Assembly (NCBI GenBank): GCA_000934665.2
Contig: JYFJ02003375.1
Span: 1-42,749 of the forward strand
Length of the DNA stretch: 42,749 nucleotides
From: Catajapyx aquilonaris
Lineage: Eukaryota
Reading direction: 5' to 3'
The translations under genes and the position numbers were made by a program. Below are positions 1 through 12,900 of the stretch, piece by piece (position 1 is the first letter of the stretch; each line of letters begins with the position of its first letter). The notes beneath the pieces were generated by a model. That model was not told where the DNA came from, did no database searches, and saw only the letters and a program-made list of their open reading frames with translations.

Positions 1-218
1 ACTCCGCTTGCATTACTCACCATCTTAGTACATATCTGCTTCAAAATAATAGGCTGTCTTTTGGAGCCACGCCATTTCCATCACTTGCTAGTCCTTCTCC
101 AGCTGCCATTTCAATACATTTTAAAAATCACTACAAATAATACACACATTTAAAAAATGTTATTATGTAACAATTTATTACTTTCTCAATAATTTTGACG
201 AATTCGAATGCAGACTAT

Positions 219-2742
219 TTACGTGACTGCCTTATTGGGTGCACATGACTGGCTGATAATATGGTGCTTCTTCAAGTCATCGTCAGTGACGAATTCATCA
301 CCACACACCAAACATGACACACACTCGATGTACTCCATGTCTGATGAAGAGTCCGTGCTCGAATCAGTGTCCATTTGCACTTGCTTTGAGCTTCGTTTCT
401 CCTCGACCAAACACCAGGCAACTTCCGGCTCTTTGGCCTGCGTGGCCTGTTCTTTCTCTTGTTTATCCTGCCCTGTCCCTGCTTTAACGTCGTTGTTAGA
501 TGTGAAGAAGAAGGTGAACACCTGCGCTTCCTCGGACTTCACCTGATCAAAAAAAAAAAAAAATGACCACGGCACAATATTTTACATCTGTACAAGTAAA
601 TTATTTTAAAAACTAGTCTCATTAATTTTTGAAAGGGAAATGTTTACTTACACTTTTGCCGAAATCAAAAGGTCCGGATTTTTTTTCTGGCAATGACAGC
701 ATTTGACTGATTTTTTGGGATGTGAATTTTTTCATTAAAACAGCAATGGATGAGTCCAAAGCAATGGATGAGCCCACAGCCAGGTCAACCACTTCAATTC
801 AGGGAATGACAGTGACTCGACCGTTTATTGTTTTATTTCAAAAAAATCACTCGCATACTGTAGGTGTACAGTGTACACACTATCCTGCATTAATGGCCAT
901 GCACAGCCAGCGCCTTGAGACAGGAACAGGAGGAAATACGTAAATGGCCTGCGGTTGTGTCCAAAATACTTGGGACAGCTCAAGACTGCTCATGACACAG
1001 GCTCAACACGCTCAAGATATCACGGTGGCTAGGGCCATGCAGTTATTGAATTTGGAAATAGGTTATAGGTTATTGAAATAACCTTGGTTATAACCAGTTA
1101 GCAGCTAATTTAGAATAACCAGTTATATTACATTAACTGGTTATTTTAGATTAACTGGTTATTTTAGAGTAACCAGATATTTTCACCGGAGAATTGGTAA
1201 ATAACACACGAGATCAGAGCTGCAAGTGTGTAACACACGTAACCAGTAACTATGGCAAGTAGGCTACTGCGCAAGCGTAAATGCGTAAACCCCTACTCGG
1301 CCAAGTAACTCGCAACGTGCGTAGCACACCATAGTACCACACCGCTCTTTACATGCTCATAAACTGGTAATTCTGAAATCCGATCACAGAGACCCATTAA
1401 CAGGTTAATCGGACAATACAGGTTAGTGCAATAACCGGTTATTTCATAAAAATTAACCGGCTAACCGCTTAATGCAATTATTGGACCCACCCAACCTCTC
1501 CAAATGCTGACCTGATTTGGCACATCAATAGTTGGCTGGTGCACCTTGTCCTCTCCCTTGATGTGTACATCCAGATGATCAGCAACAGCGCTCACTTCTC
1601 GGAACATCTGATGACAGACTGGGCACTGCAAGTGGGCTTGGACCCACTGCAGGTGGGACTTCAGGGAAGGCCTGGACACCAAATGCTCTCCACAGCAGAG
1701 AGGACACCTCACGCTGCCTTCCGCAACTGAAGTAGGCTAAATGGGAAAAATAAATGTACCCCCCAATCCAGAGTATATAACATGCTCCACAAATCGAAAC
1801 TGAGAGCGAGCATGCTTTGACAATTATTATCAAGTAACATCATATGAAATTCCATCTTGCGACTGGCGTCATAGGTGTCCACGCTACAAAATGGGGAGTG
1901 GCAAGATGGCAAGTCATTCAGAGTTTCAACTAGTAAATCCTAAATCCATAAATCAAAATGACCGATGAGATTTACAGCACTCCCGTGTAATTACATCACG
2001 TCAATATTTTTGTGAAAGAAGTTACCTCTTCGGGTGAAGTCAGCTTCTCCGGAGAATCCTAATGTGAAAGAAATAAATAAAAATTGAAATATATCAGTTG
2101 TAATCTGTTACTACTTCCAATTACTTACCGGTAATTCAGTAGATCTTTCCTCAGAATTGCTTTCCTGAATAACTTCCTCTACTGAACATACAGATTCTAT
2201 TTCAAGTCCCTTTGATTTCTTCCCCTTTGAAGATCTTTTTTGCAAGCCATGTTGGTGACTCTGTAACAATAAGGAATAAATGAATACATCTGCTCTGGGA
2301 TGAGACAGCAATCATTCCTGTATACATGTTTTGATACGTGAGCACTCTGCGTACTCACAATTCTTACCATGCAATACGTATTGCATGTGATTTAGTGTGT
2401 ATGAAGTATACCTGAGCCACATAGTCAAAAATGGATGGAACAGCGCCAATTCTGAGGAAACACCTCCCATTGCGCTGCTCGAAATCCTCCCTCTTGAAAT
2501 GCTTGCTGCATAGCACGGTCGTGCGCGAGGGATTCCAAACCTTCCCTCGCTTGATTGCCCTCAGCCACTTGTCCCTCTGATCACCCGTGTTTGGAATTCT
2601 GCCAACGCAACAAAAACAAACTTAAATCCGCTGTTAACATGGACCACCAGTTTCCGCCGTTATTTGCTTGCCTGTGGAAAGTGACGCCGCTTCCTGTCTG
2701 ATGGCGGCTGCCACAACCCAACGCACAGCATGCTAACGGCAT
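219..2742 (-). CDS. THAP-domain protein with C-terminal C2H2/C2HC zinc fingers (multi-exon)
   Basis: Exons 2742-2672, 2598-2412, 2260-2129, 2058-2026, ~1939-~1811 (donor uncertain), ~1736-1512, 542-219. Spliced N-terminus [33 protein letters not shown] matches the C2CH THAP signature. Later exons encode [21 protein letters not shown] and [18 protein letters not shown]. The last codons could instead splice 222->131 to end ..AVTDF*. Confidence 0.85.
1033..1490. repeat. Intronic tract with repeated TAACCRGTTA-like palindromic motifs (possible degraded non-autonomous DNA transposon)
   Basis: Many taaccagtta/taactggtta/taaccggtta motifs clustered at 1070-1180 and 1398-1470. No clean TIR or TSD seen. 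Confidence 0.35.
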
Positions 2743-2984
2743 CCTCTGAAATAAAGAATAGAACACTGCATGACTGCGGAGTGTGTCCAGTTCACGGTTT
2801 GCCCCCAATCAGTACCAACGTGAACGTGCATGCAACATGCGGACATCATCCTGACCACCTTCCCCAACCAGTCCTCACCTTCACGACGTCACCGACGGCA
2901 GGGCAGCCAAGGCGTCGTCGACATTAGGAAAAGCGACGCCTGAATTATTATTCTTTTTTCTTCTTTCCTTGGCCTCCTGTTCCT

Positions 2985-3052
2985 TCCAAGATGGCCGACG
3001 CGGGCGCATTCCCACGCCCGCTTCCGCAGAACTGTTCTCAACATGGCCGACA
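2985..3052. promoter_or_regulatory. CpG-rich putative promoter region of the THAP gene with two YY1/Pho-like motifs
   Basis: caagatggccgac (~2987) and caacatggccgac (~3039) in a GC-rich island upstream of the first coding exon. Confidence 0.4.
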
Positions 3053-3947
3053 CAAAAGCGCCACCTTCAGACGCCTGAACTTCAAGGGCGCGAATTACCT
3101 CACACGTGAATAATTGTGGCTAATTAATCATAGTTTCCACTCAGGAGTCGCGGAAGCTTCCTTATAAATACAATGACTGCCTGCCTTGAGGGTGGTCAAC
3201 TCAAGACCTTGGCGCCACAAAGGTCGATCATGAGAGCTGGTGACCTACCCACACTGCTGTTTATAAATGGCTAAATTAATTTGAATTTCTTTTTTCTTTT
3301 TGGAAATAGTTTTTATTGACATTCATATACTAAATAATACAGAAAAATTTCAATTGATTGGCCCTATAATTATTGCACATGTGGATACAACCTGAAGTTT
3401 TTTTAAAGCAGAAAAAAATGAAAATCATGCAAGGTGATTAGATGATGGCAGAAATAATGCAGAGATTCTAAAAACTATTAAACCAGGAAACTAAATGTAG
3501 CCTATCAGTATGCACACGGGTAAATATCAATTAAGTAAATTAATAACCTCTATTATTTCGTTCTGCCAACCTTCTTCTTCCTAAGCACCTCGAATGTAGG
3601 CTACATTGTGCAATGTGCATACTTATTACTAGATAATAAATTAATGGATTTTTTCTCCGTCCATCAATGTAAGAGGAAGTTGGAAAGAAACAAATGATGC
3701 ATAAAACACATGGTTTACTCAAAGTACATTATTAATTGCGAGTCCCTAGCTACAACCTTGAAGTTTTTAAAGCGCAATGACGCGATTGAGTAGAAGTTTC
3801 CCCGATCATAATTATCATCCCGTACGTATACTCCCATCCCCCACGTGCCCCCAGTACCGCTCAGCACTTTGCCGCACTTACTTCCTGTATTACACTCAGA
3901 AGCAACCTGCACTGCAAGTATAGATGAGCCTATAAGAAGAGGCTGCG

Positions 3948-6900
3948 ATGGGAACTTCAGCAGAGGTATGGTCAAACAGACTCGCTCTAAAGTTACCAGG
4001 CCTAAGTTAGGCTATACACATATACTGTACTAACAAGTGTTGTGTTTACATAAGGAAAGTTTTAAGGACTATTTGTAATAATTACTATGAAACCAAAAGT
4101 AGCCTACTTGTGAGTAGTGACAACACCAATGATGAAATGCTGTACTAGTACAGAACCTTGCTTTGACGCTGAAATAGTAAATATTACAGTAGAAACCAAT
4201 AATGAAGGAGTACGGTATTACTTGAAAGCTCTCACTGACATATAGAAAATTATTTCCCAGACTTGACAGCCAACAGCATCATGAAAGAGTAGACTCTTAA
4301 CAACGTTATAATATAGCATTGTTAAGAGTAGTCTACTCTTTGATGATGCTGTTCTTTGACAAGTGAATTTGCAAACGAAATATTCTCTAAAACATGCTCA
4401 AGATGACACCCTATTTATAAATCAAGTCATAAGTACACGTATCTAATTCGTCAAATTATAATTATATCCCTATGTCACTTTTTAACCATTCCTTTAAACT
4501 ATTTAGAGCTCTGCAATATTGCATAGATGTTGATAAAAAGGTAATGTATACCTGACTGGCAAGCGGTCTTGCGAAATAGGAATGTTGGCCATTAACATTT
4601 CTTTTTTCTGTGTTTCTATATCCCAATGTTGAATCCTGCATTGGTAACAGAATATAGCATAACAAGAAAGCGTGCTCCCCCCCCCCNCCCCCCCGAACAA
4701 GCTCGTGGCTTGAACAAGTGGTATATAAAAACAAACATAATTACTGTATAAGCAAATTAATTAATTTAATAAACAATCCATCTAAGAGTGAATTGTACAG
4801 AATTATCGTTTATAATACGTAATTCACTGTCCCTGGATAGATTACGTATTATAAATATTATTATTATAAATAACAGGTGGATGATGCTACTGAGACTAAT
4901 TATTAGTCTCAGTAGCATCATCCACCTGTAATGCTGCGTAAAGAGGTTCCGTGCCTCATGCACCTACACTTCTCATCATAACTCACCTGAACTTCACAGA
5001 AAACAAATTAGCACCACGCTACTTATCTCTCTCTGACAGTGAGAGGCAATAAGTCAAATCTGAAAAATAAAAAATATATACTATATATAATTATGCGCCA
5101 CGGAAAAACCTTCAAACATGAATATCCTGGCCGGTATATTCAAACGCACATATGGCGCCACAGGCATCATGGACTGTGGACCCGTTTTCACAATATTATA
5201 CCTCCAGAAATTCTACTACCTTATTACGCAAAAAGCACACCTCTTAATAGCTATACTAATCAGTAATCACCCGGCAAGAGACAGGCTCCGTGCGAAAATT
5301 ATCGCGGAATTTCTCCCGTAATAGGCCTACATCAGGCGAGGTATTCCGTGCACAAAATTATGGATTAACCTTATCAGTATCCTTTACTCTGATAGGCAGC
5401 ACCGGTAAATGCAATGCGGTTGCGTAATTTACGACGCACCTGCGTGTGTGACTTGTATTTCCATAAGTGTTGAGCAAAACAGCAAAGACGTCAAATCCCC
5501 TTTTCGAGAAGCAAATTAAAATTGAAAAAAAAAACAGCAACATTGTTAAAATCCAACCAATATCGGCAAATCACGCGAGCGTGATTCGAGCAGACTTTTC
5601 CTCATTCCCATTAAGGAAATTCAAATTATGATGAGCCAAATAATCTGGGATCTTCTTCCAGGATTTCAAGACGGCCAAGAGACTGGCCACCTCGTTCAAG
5701 TATATGGACGTATCTCTTCGTAGAGAACAGCTGGAGGGACTGCTGAAACTTTATCTGGACAACCGGGACGCACTGGTGGACAGCCTGGTCCAAGAGCACA
5801 AATCGGTTGGCGGCACTGCTCTTTTTGACGAGAACCACGACCAGTTTAACAATTGTTACATTCAAGAATGTTAATTTCTGTCTTTGTTGAGAAGACCGAG
5901 CCAAAAATTGAAATTAATTTTCTATATCAGAATGAAGGAATTCCGTTGGCTTTTTACATTATACCAACAAAACCTACCCTCGTTGACGGAAATTGTGAAT
6001 TTTTGAGGAACGTGCTAGATATATACAAGGTGTTTCAACTTTTATGTCCGAACAGTTATCGGAAATATTGCACTTTGTAAGCAGTGTAGACTATGCCATT
6101 TCAACCTAAGATTCGCAGGGAATATTCCCCATTCCTCCGACAAACCGGTTGCAAGTCACTGCTTACAAAGTAGGAGCTTATAGTGCAATATTTCCGATAA
6201 CTGTTCGGAAAAAGTTGAAACACCCTGTATATATGTCAGCAACAGATGTGTACGCATGAGAATAATTAAATGCCATATAAATCCCCCGATATCCATCTAA
6301 CTCGAAGCTGGTACGCCTTTACAAAGTAGGCTACTGTGCAATGCAGTATTCTCGTAAATCGAGATTTTATTCTCTTACATTTTCTGGCTCAAATTATAAT
6401 TCACGTTGTCATTAGGCTACATACTCGTCACTAAGAACAGCTTCCTTACAATTCCGCCTACTGAACAGCCCAACTATGAAGCAAGAATAAGCGTCGGCTA
6501 CCTCATCCAAGACGTGAAGCACATCCTGCAGAGCCTGAAGCAATGGACGGAGGAAGAACATGTAAGTCATACTTCATAGATTCGTCACAATGTGGTGAAT
6601 AAGACGCTCCTCTGGAATCAAACATAAGATCCACACTGATTCATCTGCCGTGTTTGCGGCTTCTCGTTAATTTTATTGGAAAAGTACTAGCCTACTGTCA
6701 TTTCCAATTACGCACGCCCCTCCCCATCCATTGTTGATTGTGAACGTCTCTTTGCACTGACATTATTTAATAATGTAATGCATCATTCTTACTCCGATCA
6801 ACTAATCTGCATCTTTCGCAGATTCCGAAGTACATGCTTTGGCACCGAAACCGTGACACGATGATGAGGGTCCCATTTGGATTGGTTCTTTTGGTGTCTG

Positions 6901-8812
6901 CCGGATGCCACCCTCTTCATCTGGCATTGTTGCCGTTAGCAGCAGCCATCGCAGCTGGCAACTGCGCATTCGTCCATCCCTCTGGAATAGCACCAAACAC
7001 CACCAAGATGATAGCCGACATGCTGCCCAGATACCTGGACCAGGTGAGCTTTTCTGCGTCGTCGTGTTGCACCCTTCATGTATACCTTTGGTGTTGTGCA
7101 AGTTGTGTTCAAAACTTTTCTTATTCTTGCAATGAAGCAACAATCCTCAAGCGCGTGTTTGCATGCATTTAGGTTACTTATAGCCCACGATCTGGGGAAA
7201 AACCTTTTCTAACGTTTCTCGTACACGATTCAATTCTTGGAGTAGTAATTTTGTGATGAATGGATAATTGTTTCCAGGAGGCATATCGAGTCATACCAGG
7301 AGGAAGTGACGTGCTGACCGACCTGTTGCAACTTCCGTTTGATCACATCATGTACCAGGGACCAAGGATGACTGGTAGAGAAGTTTGTGATGCTGCTGCT
7401 CAACAAATGATTCCAACCACTCTCATCATGCACTCAAAGAAGTATTCTCTTGTTGACCCCAACGTTGTTGTAATAATTATTGTTCATTGTTGTATGCGGC
7501 ACCTCACTCACATGTACAATTTAGCCCAGTATACATTGACTCAACGGTGGACGTCAACGTGGCAACTCGGCGACTTCTGTGGTCCAAATGCGCTGATCTG
7601 GGCCAATCCTGCCTCTCCCCGGACTACCTGGTCTGCGATTCTTCCGTTCAGACGGACGTGATCCGTTGCGCACCGGACATCCTGAAAGAGTGGTTCGGAC
7701 AAAACTGGCGAGAGTCTCCCGACATGGGACGAATCAGAAGTGACGAACACTTCACGTACGTCGCAATGATATTCAAAGTGCTCGACATCATATTATTGGG
7801 AGAAGTTACACAGCACCGAGGAAACTCGAAACCGATCCACGAATAAAGTTGTATACCAACATTATCATTATCATTATATCTTTTAATGACATACAGTATG
7901 TTGTGTTTCTGAGTTATAGCAATAATGCTTCGCTCATAAGCCAAAATTGGACCGGTCCTAGACTAAGTTACATGGTGACACATATGTATAAATGAGCCCA
8001 CATTCTTGACGCTTGCAGGCGCCTGAAGAGTCTCCTCGAGCGCACCAAGGGTCAGGTGGTGGTCGGCGGTGACCTGGACGCATCTGACAGGTGGGTGTCA
8101 CCCACCATTGTTGCCAACGTGCCTGAAGACGACCCTCTGATGACCGAGGGTCCCATCATGGGTCCAGTGCTACCCATAGTGATCTGCCACAGCCACTTGG
8201 ACGCCTCCAGAATGACCAAAAATTGGTATGAAATGAACAATGAAGGGTAACTATTTCATGACGACCTTTCACTTTCTTTCTATTGTTGCAGCGACCCGAC
8301 TCACTTGGTGGCATATTTGTTCACTGCCTCGCGCATTAAGCAAGTGCAGAGCATGTACTACTGTGACAGCGGCACGCAGTATGTGAACGACTGCATGGGC
8401 CACGTACCCGGTAAGTTATGAGTCACGTTAGCTAATCTCTCTTTTAGGAAGAGGCGTTGCCAGTGTGGTGTAATTACAATGGGTGCGTCTAATATTGTTG
8501 GCGATTTCAGGAGAGGACGTGCCCTTAACGGCCAAAGGATGGAACGGCTGGGGCACCATCGGAGGCAAGCACACCTTCGAGGCCCTGTCTCGCAAGAAAG
8601 GCATCATCTCGAATCCGATAGATGCAAAGAGCGAGACTCGACGCAGCCACCGATACCCGCCATACTTCGACAGGAATCAGGACTGGGAGGCCATCTTGGA
8701 CCACCACAGCATCAGGCATCATCCATCTCTTCTGCTGCAGAGTGTTTGGGGAGCTGGAGTTGCTCTGGTAGCAGCAGCAGTCCTGATCGTTGGAATATCC
8801 ATGGCTGTCTGA
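3948..8812 (+). CDS. ALDH3/fatty aldehyde dehydrogenase-like protein, copy 1 (499 aa, degenerate active site, C-terminal membrane anchor)
   Basis: Exons 3948-3965, 5662-5805, 6469-6561, 6822-7043, 7278-7441, 7525-7755, 8019-8225, 8292-8410, 8511-8812. All introns GT-AG, total 1500 nt, open frame. ALDH3-like motifs AIAAGN, LPRYLD, FDHI, GQSCLSPDY, GPVLPIV, RYPPY, then a hydrophobic tail. Confidence 0.9.
4261..4364. repeat. Imperfect ~100-bp inverted repeat in ALDH copy 1 intron 1
   Basis: aacagcatcat..aaagagtagactcttaacaa pairs with ttgttaagagt..agtctactcttt..atgatgctgtt. Confidence 0.8.
4873..4929. repeat. Perfect palindrome, 28-bp arms with 1-nt spacer
   Basis: acaggtggatgatgctactgagactaat-t-attagtctcagtagcatcatccacctgt. 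Confidence 0.95.
6026..6227. mobile_element. Tc1/mariner-type MITE
   Basis: Long TIRs (caaggtgtttcaactttt..tccgaacagttatcggaaatattgcact / agtgcaatatttccgataactgttcggaaaaagttgaaacaccctg) flanked by TA on both sides. The paralogous empty site is at ~12167-12180. Confidence 0.85.
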
Positions 8813-9946
8813 GATGCTGAGTCAGGACCGAAATGGTGGGGAAGAGAGGAATTCGGCTTGAAATAATATTCTTCCTGAGTCATGTGAAATTCTCTGCTAC
8901 TACATTGGTCATGTATCGTAATGGTGTTATTACAATCCTCAAATGAAACGCACGTCAATAAAAGGTACGCTACTGGAATGTGCTTCTTGACAGGCCATAA
9001 ATATATTTATTACTTCCATCAGATATTATTATAGTGTATTACGACTTCCCTATATGGGTGTTGGGTTATGAGCAACTTCTGGACAATATAAAAGTTCTTT
9101 CATGAGGGAGCCGTTCTATAAGACTTTTTTCTTCGAAAAAGTCTAAAACGAGAAGTTTCAGATGGAGAACGAAAGGCCCACGATCGGAGATCTCTTAGAG
9201 AGATCTCTAATTATTAATATCTGGCAATCTGGCATAATAAAGTTTTATTTCTATTCTCTATTCTCAATGACAGCATTTGAATGCAATACGCAACTTTTGA
9301 AAAGGATTGTTGGAAAAAAATTAAAGCGCAAAATTATGGCAAGAAAAAGAATGACAGCCACCTAATCTGAAATATTGGTATTAGTCAATTTTTGTGGAAT
9401 TTTCACTCTCTAAATTTTTATTAAAGCTGAACACAAATCAGATGTTTTACAAGTAGGCTCTCTCCTTTAGAATAAATTTAACTTAAGTATCTTGGACACC
9501 ATATTACATTCAAAACGTTTAAAAAATTATATTCGGATTTTCATAATCCGTAACATAAAATCATCTGGACCTTGTATAGACGAGTTGTAGGAAGCAAAGT
9601 GAAAGTAAACGAATACAATGTTATTGAATAATTTTACAGACCTTCTACTTCTTCACGACCTTGAATGCGCAGTTAAATTTTCCCTCCATCCTTCAAAGTA
9701 GTCGGTAATTCGAAAAAAGCGAGAGAAAAGCATGAAGATACCGTGCTTACTCAAGGTACCACCGTTTATTACGAGTCCTACAACCCTGAAATTTGAAGAA
9801 ATTACGCATTAGCTCCGCCTCAAACCACGTACCCTGCCCAGATTGTTCTTCCATCCACCACTTGCCCTCAGTGCTTTGTCGCACTTACTTCATCAGAAGC
9901 AACCAGCAGTGAAAGCAGGTCAGCCTGTATAAGAAGAGGCTGTACG

Positions 9947-12900
9947 ATGGAGAATTTAGCGAAGGTATGGCCAATCACACTCCCTCTTATTACTTCCTCA
10001 AAATATCCTCGTAAAATCAGATTGACATTATCTTATGCAATTTTTGATTCTCTCCCAAATGTTTGCAGTAGTAAAAATATCTATAATGATTGTTGACACC
10101 TGTCCAGGGAATCTCCCTGCATCCGAAGGGAATTAAAAAAATAACTATGAACCAACTTGATAAATGGCAAAAAATTAGGCGAAAGTAAGAGAGTAAGAAA
10201 GCGAGAGACAGGGGGGAGGGAAACCCTCACCAGGCGGCAGCATCGAAGCGACATCCGACGGTGAAGTGCAGAAGTAAGAGAGTGTCCATCCAGGAGGTGG
10301 CGCCCGGAACGGCGCGCGCCGAAATTGGGAAGTAGGTGGAGCAGTAGTCGGCGATTTTTTTTTCGGTCTTTTGCGTTTGACAAAGTCCCTCGGCTCTTTT
10401 TCCAAAAGACAAAAGTGGTTTTCAAATCTAGAAAACACGGGTAAAATTTTGACACCCCTCCCAATGTTGTAGGCCGTACGGTGCGGAAGGAGTTTCCATC
10501 ACAGTCGGGTTTTAATAATATAAATTATATAGGGTAGTGCGGTAGTCTATCGCCTCTTAGTTGCTACATTATTTGGCAATGTGAAGCATAACACAAAATT
10601 CTAAAATATTGGTGTGTGTCTATACCAAAACTAAAATACACCCTGCCTCTTGAAGATTCACGCAAAGTTACAGGGTGCTGAGGTCCTGAGCATTGAAGAT
10701 CACACAATGGAGAGGTATCATTAATTTTCCTCTCCGCACTTCCTTGCCATAATAATATTAAGCAATTCTTAATACGAGTAATATATGAGATTTTGATGTA
10801 GTAAGTATCCTAACAAAGGCTGTATTTTTCATTCCGCAAAGTTAAAAAATGTAAAACGAAAGCTACTTGTGAAAACACCTAAGATGAAAATGCAGAACCT
10901 TGCATTGACGCTGAACAACTAAATGTTAGAAATCAAGTGAAAGATTGTAACAAATTGAGGAAAAGTGATTTGGCTTAGGAGAGAGGGGATTATGTTTTGC
11001 TAAAAATAAGTATACGAGTATATAGGAAATTGACAGAAACAAAAGGAGGAAATATTTTTAAAAGATTCTGAGACTAGTCTTTACGAGTCTTTATACTTTA
11101 AACCTCAAAATTCAGTGCACTGAATTCCTACACTTATTCCTACACGGCATCGCAAGCGTCATCGTCTGTCGTTCCTGGTTGTTCCATCAGCATTTCTCAG
11201 CACTGTACTGTACATTTTATAGGCATTTAGGGCCATATTGGGCCAACAATAAAATAATATTTTATTGCTCTTCCGGCTGGACTTCCCACTAGTAAAGAAG
11301 CTCCCTCGTAAAGGCTTCATGAATTGGACCTGTTTTCACAATAATACCTCCAGAAATTATTCTACAACTGTACCTTATTACCCAAAAGGTACCCCTAATA
11401 TAGGTACTTATCAACCGTATATAAGAGGCAGGTTCCGTGCGAAAATGATGGAATTTCTCTCAAAGGCGTATAGTAGAACTTGTATTTCCATGCACAGATT
11501 ATTACCGAGATCTGCTTATTTTTAATGCTTTGCTCCGACATGCAGCACCAGTACTAAAATAATGACATGAAAGCGGTTGAGTAATTTATGCCCCTTCACA
11601 TCGTAACTTGTTTATAAGTGCCAGAAAAATAACAGCTCATCCGGATACTAATATAGTGGCACATATAAAAGGTTCAAAACAATATCGTTTTTAAATATAA
11701 AACGGTAGCCTACTGCTTATATAATGAATATAATTTTTTCATAAATCAGTATACAGGGGTCTAGCATGTTGGCAATAGGGTATTTATTGAATCCACATTT
11801 TATACATAACGGACATAATCTATAATCTAATTAAAATCTTGTCCTAAGAATTATCGTACCCTTTGCATTGTTTATGACGAGCCAAATAATCTTCTTCCAG
11901 GATTTCAAGACGGCCAAGAGATTGGCCACCTCCTTCAAATATGTGGACATGTATCTCCGTCGAGAGCAGCTGGAAGGACTGTTGAAGCTTTATCTGGACA
12001 ACATGGATTCGCTGGTGGACAGCCTGGTCCAAGAACATAAATCGGTCTGCGACCCTGCTCTTTTTCGATTCGAAACCACGAACAGTTTAACATTTCGCAT
12101 TCCTTGCCAACAAAACCTTTCCGTATAAAAAACAATTATTGAGACTTTTTGAGTAGGCCTAATATGCTCGATATGTCAGAAACAATAGGATCAATCAGCT
12201 GTGTGCTTATGGAAATCATTTAATCCCATATTATAAATCCTCTAGTGAAGCTGCTGGTACTCCTTCAGCAGGTCTACTTTGCAATGAAAATCTCCTAAAT
12301 CATAATTTTATTCTCTTACATGAATTCATGGTGCATAATCACGTCAATCTTATAGACGGACGATTGTACCAATTTTTTCAACCGGTGCACTACTTAAACT
12401 TGAAAAATAATATCTCGAGTGGTAACACAATCATAATAAATATGCAGGGCACCTCAGGGACACCTCCAAGAATGTTTGAGGCAAAATAATTATTATTAAT
12501 CATAATGGCATTAAATGACCAAGTGAATGTACTAAATCCATCCTTGAAGATGCCATAAATTTGGTACTCGGTCGGGAAACATTTCTAGCATTATGCCTTA
12601 CACACTCGTCACTTCGTCAGAGACCTATTTTATATATTCCATCTTCGTCCATTCTAACAGCCCAAGTATGAAGTAAGAATTAGCGTCGGCTACTTGATTC
12701 AAGATGTGAAGCATATCCTGCAGAATCTGAAACAATGGACAGAAGAAGAACATGTAAGTCCCACACTCCCTATACGTAATGACTCATAATGTCACAAAGA
12801 AAGCGCCCCTCTGCCTCTGGAACCAGACATCAGACCCACAGTTACGCCTACTCCTCGGTGATGAACATTGCTTCTGGTTAAATTTATTAGACAAATAATT

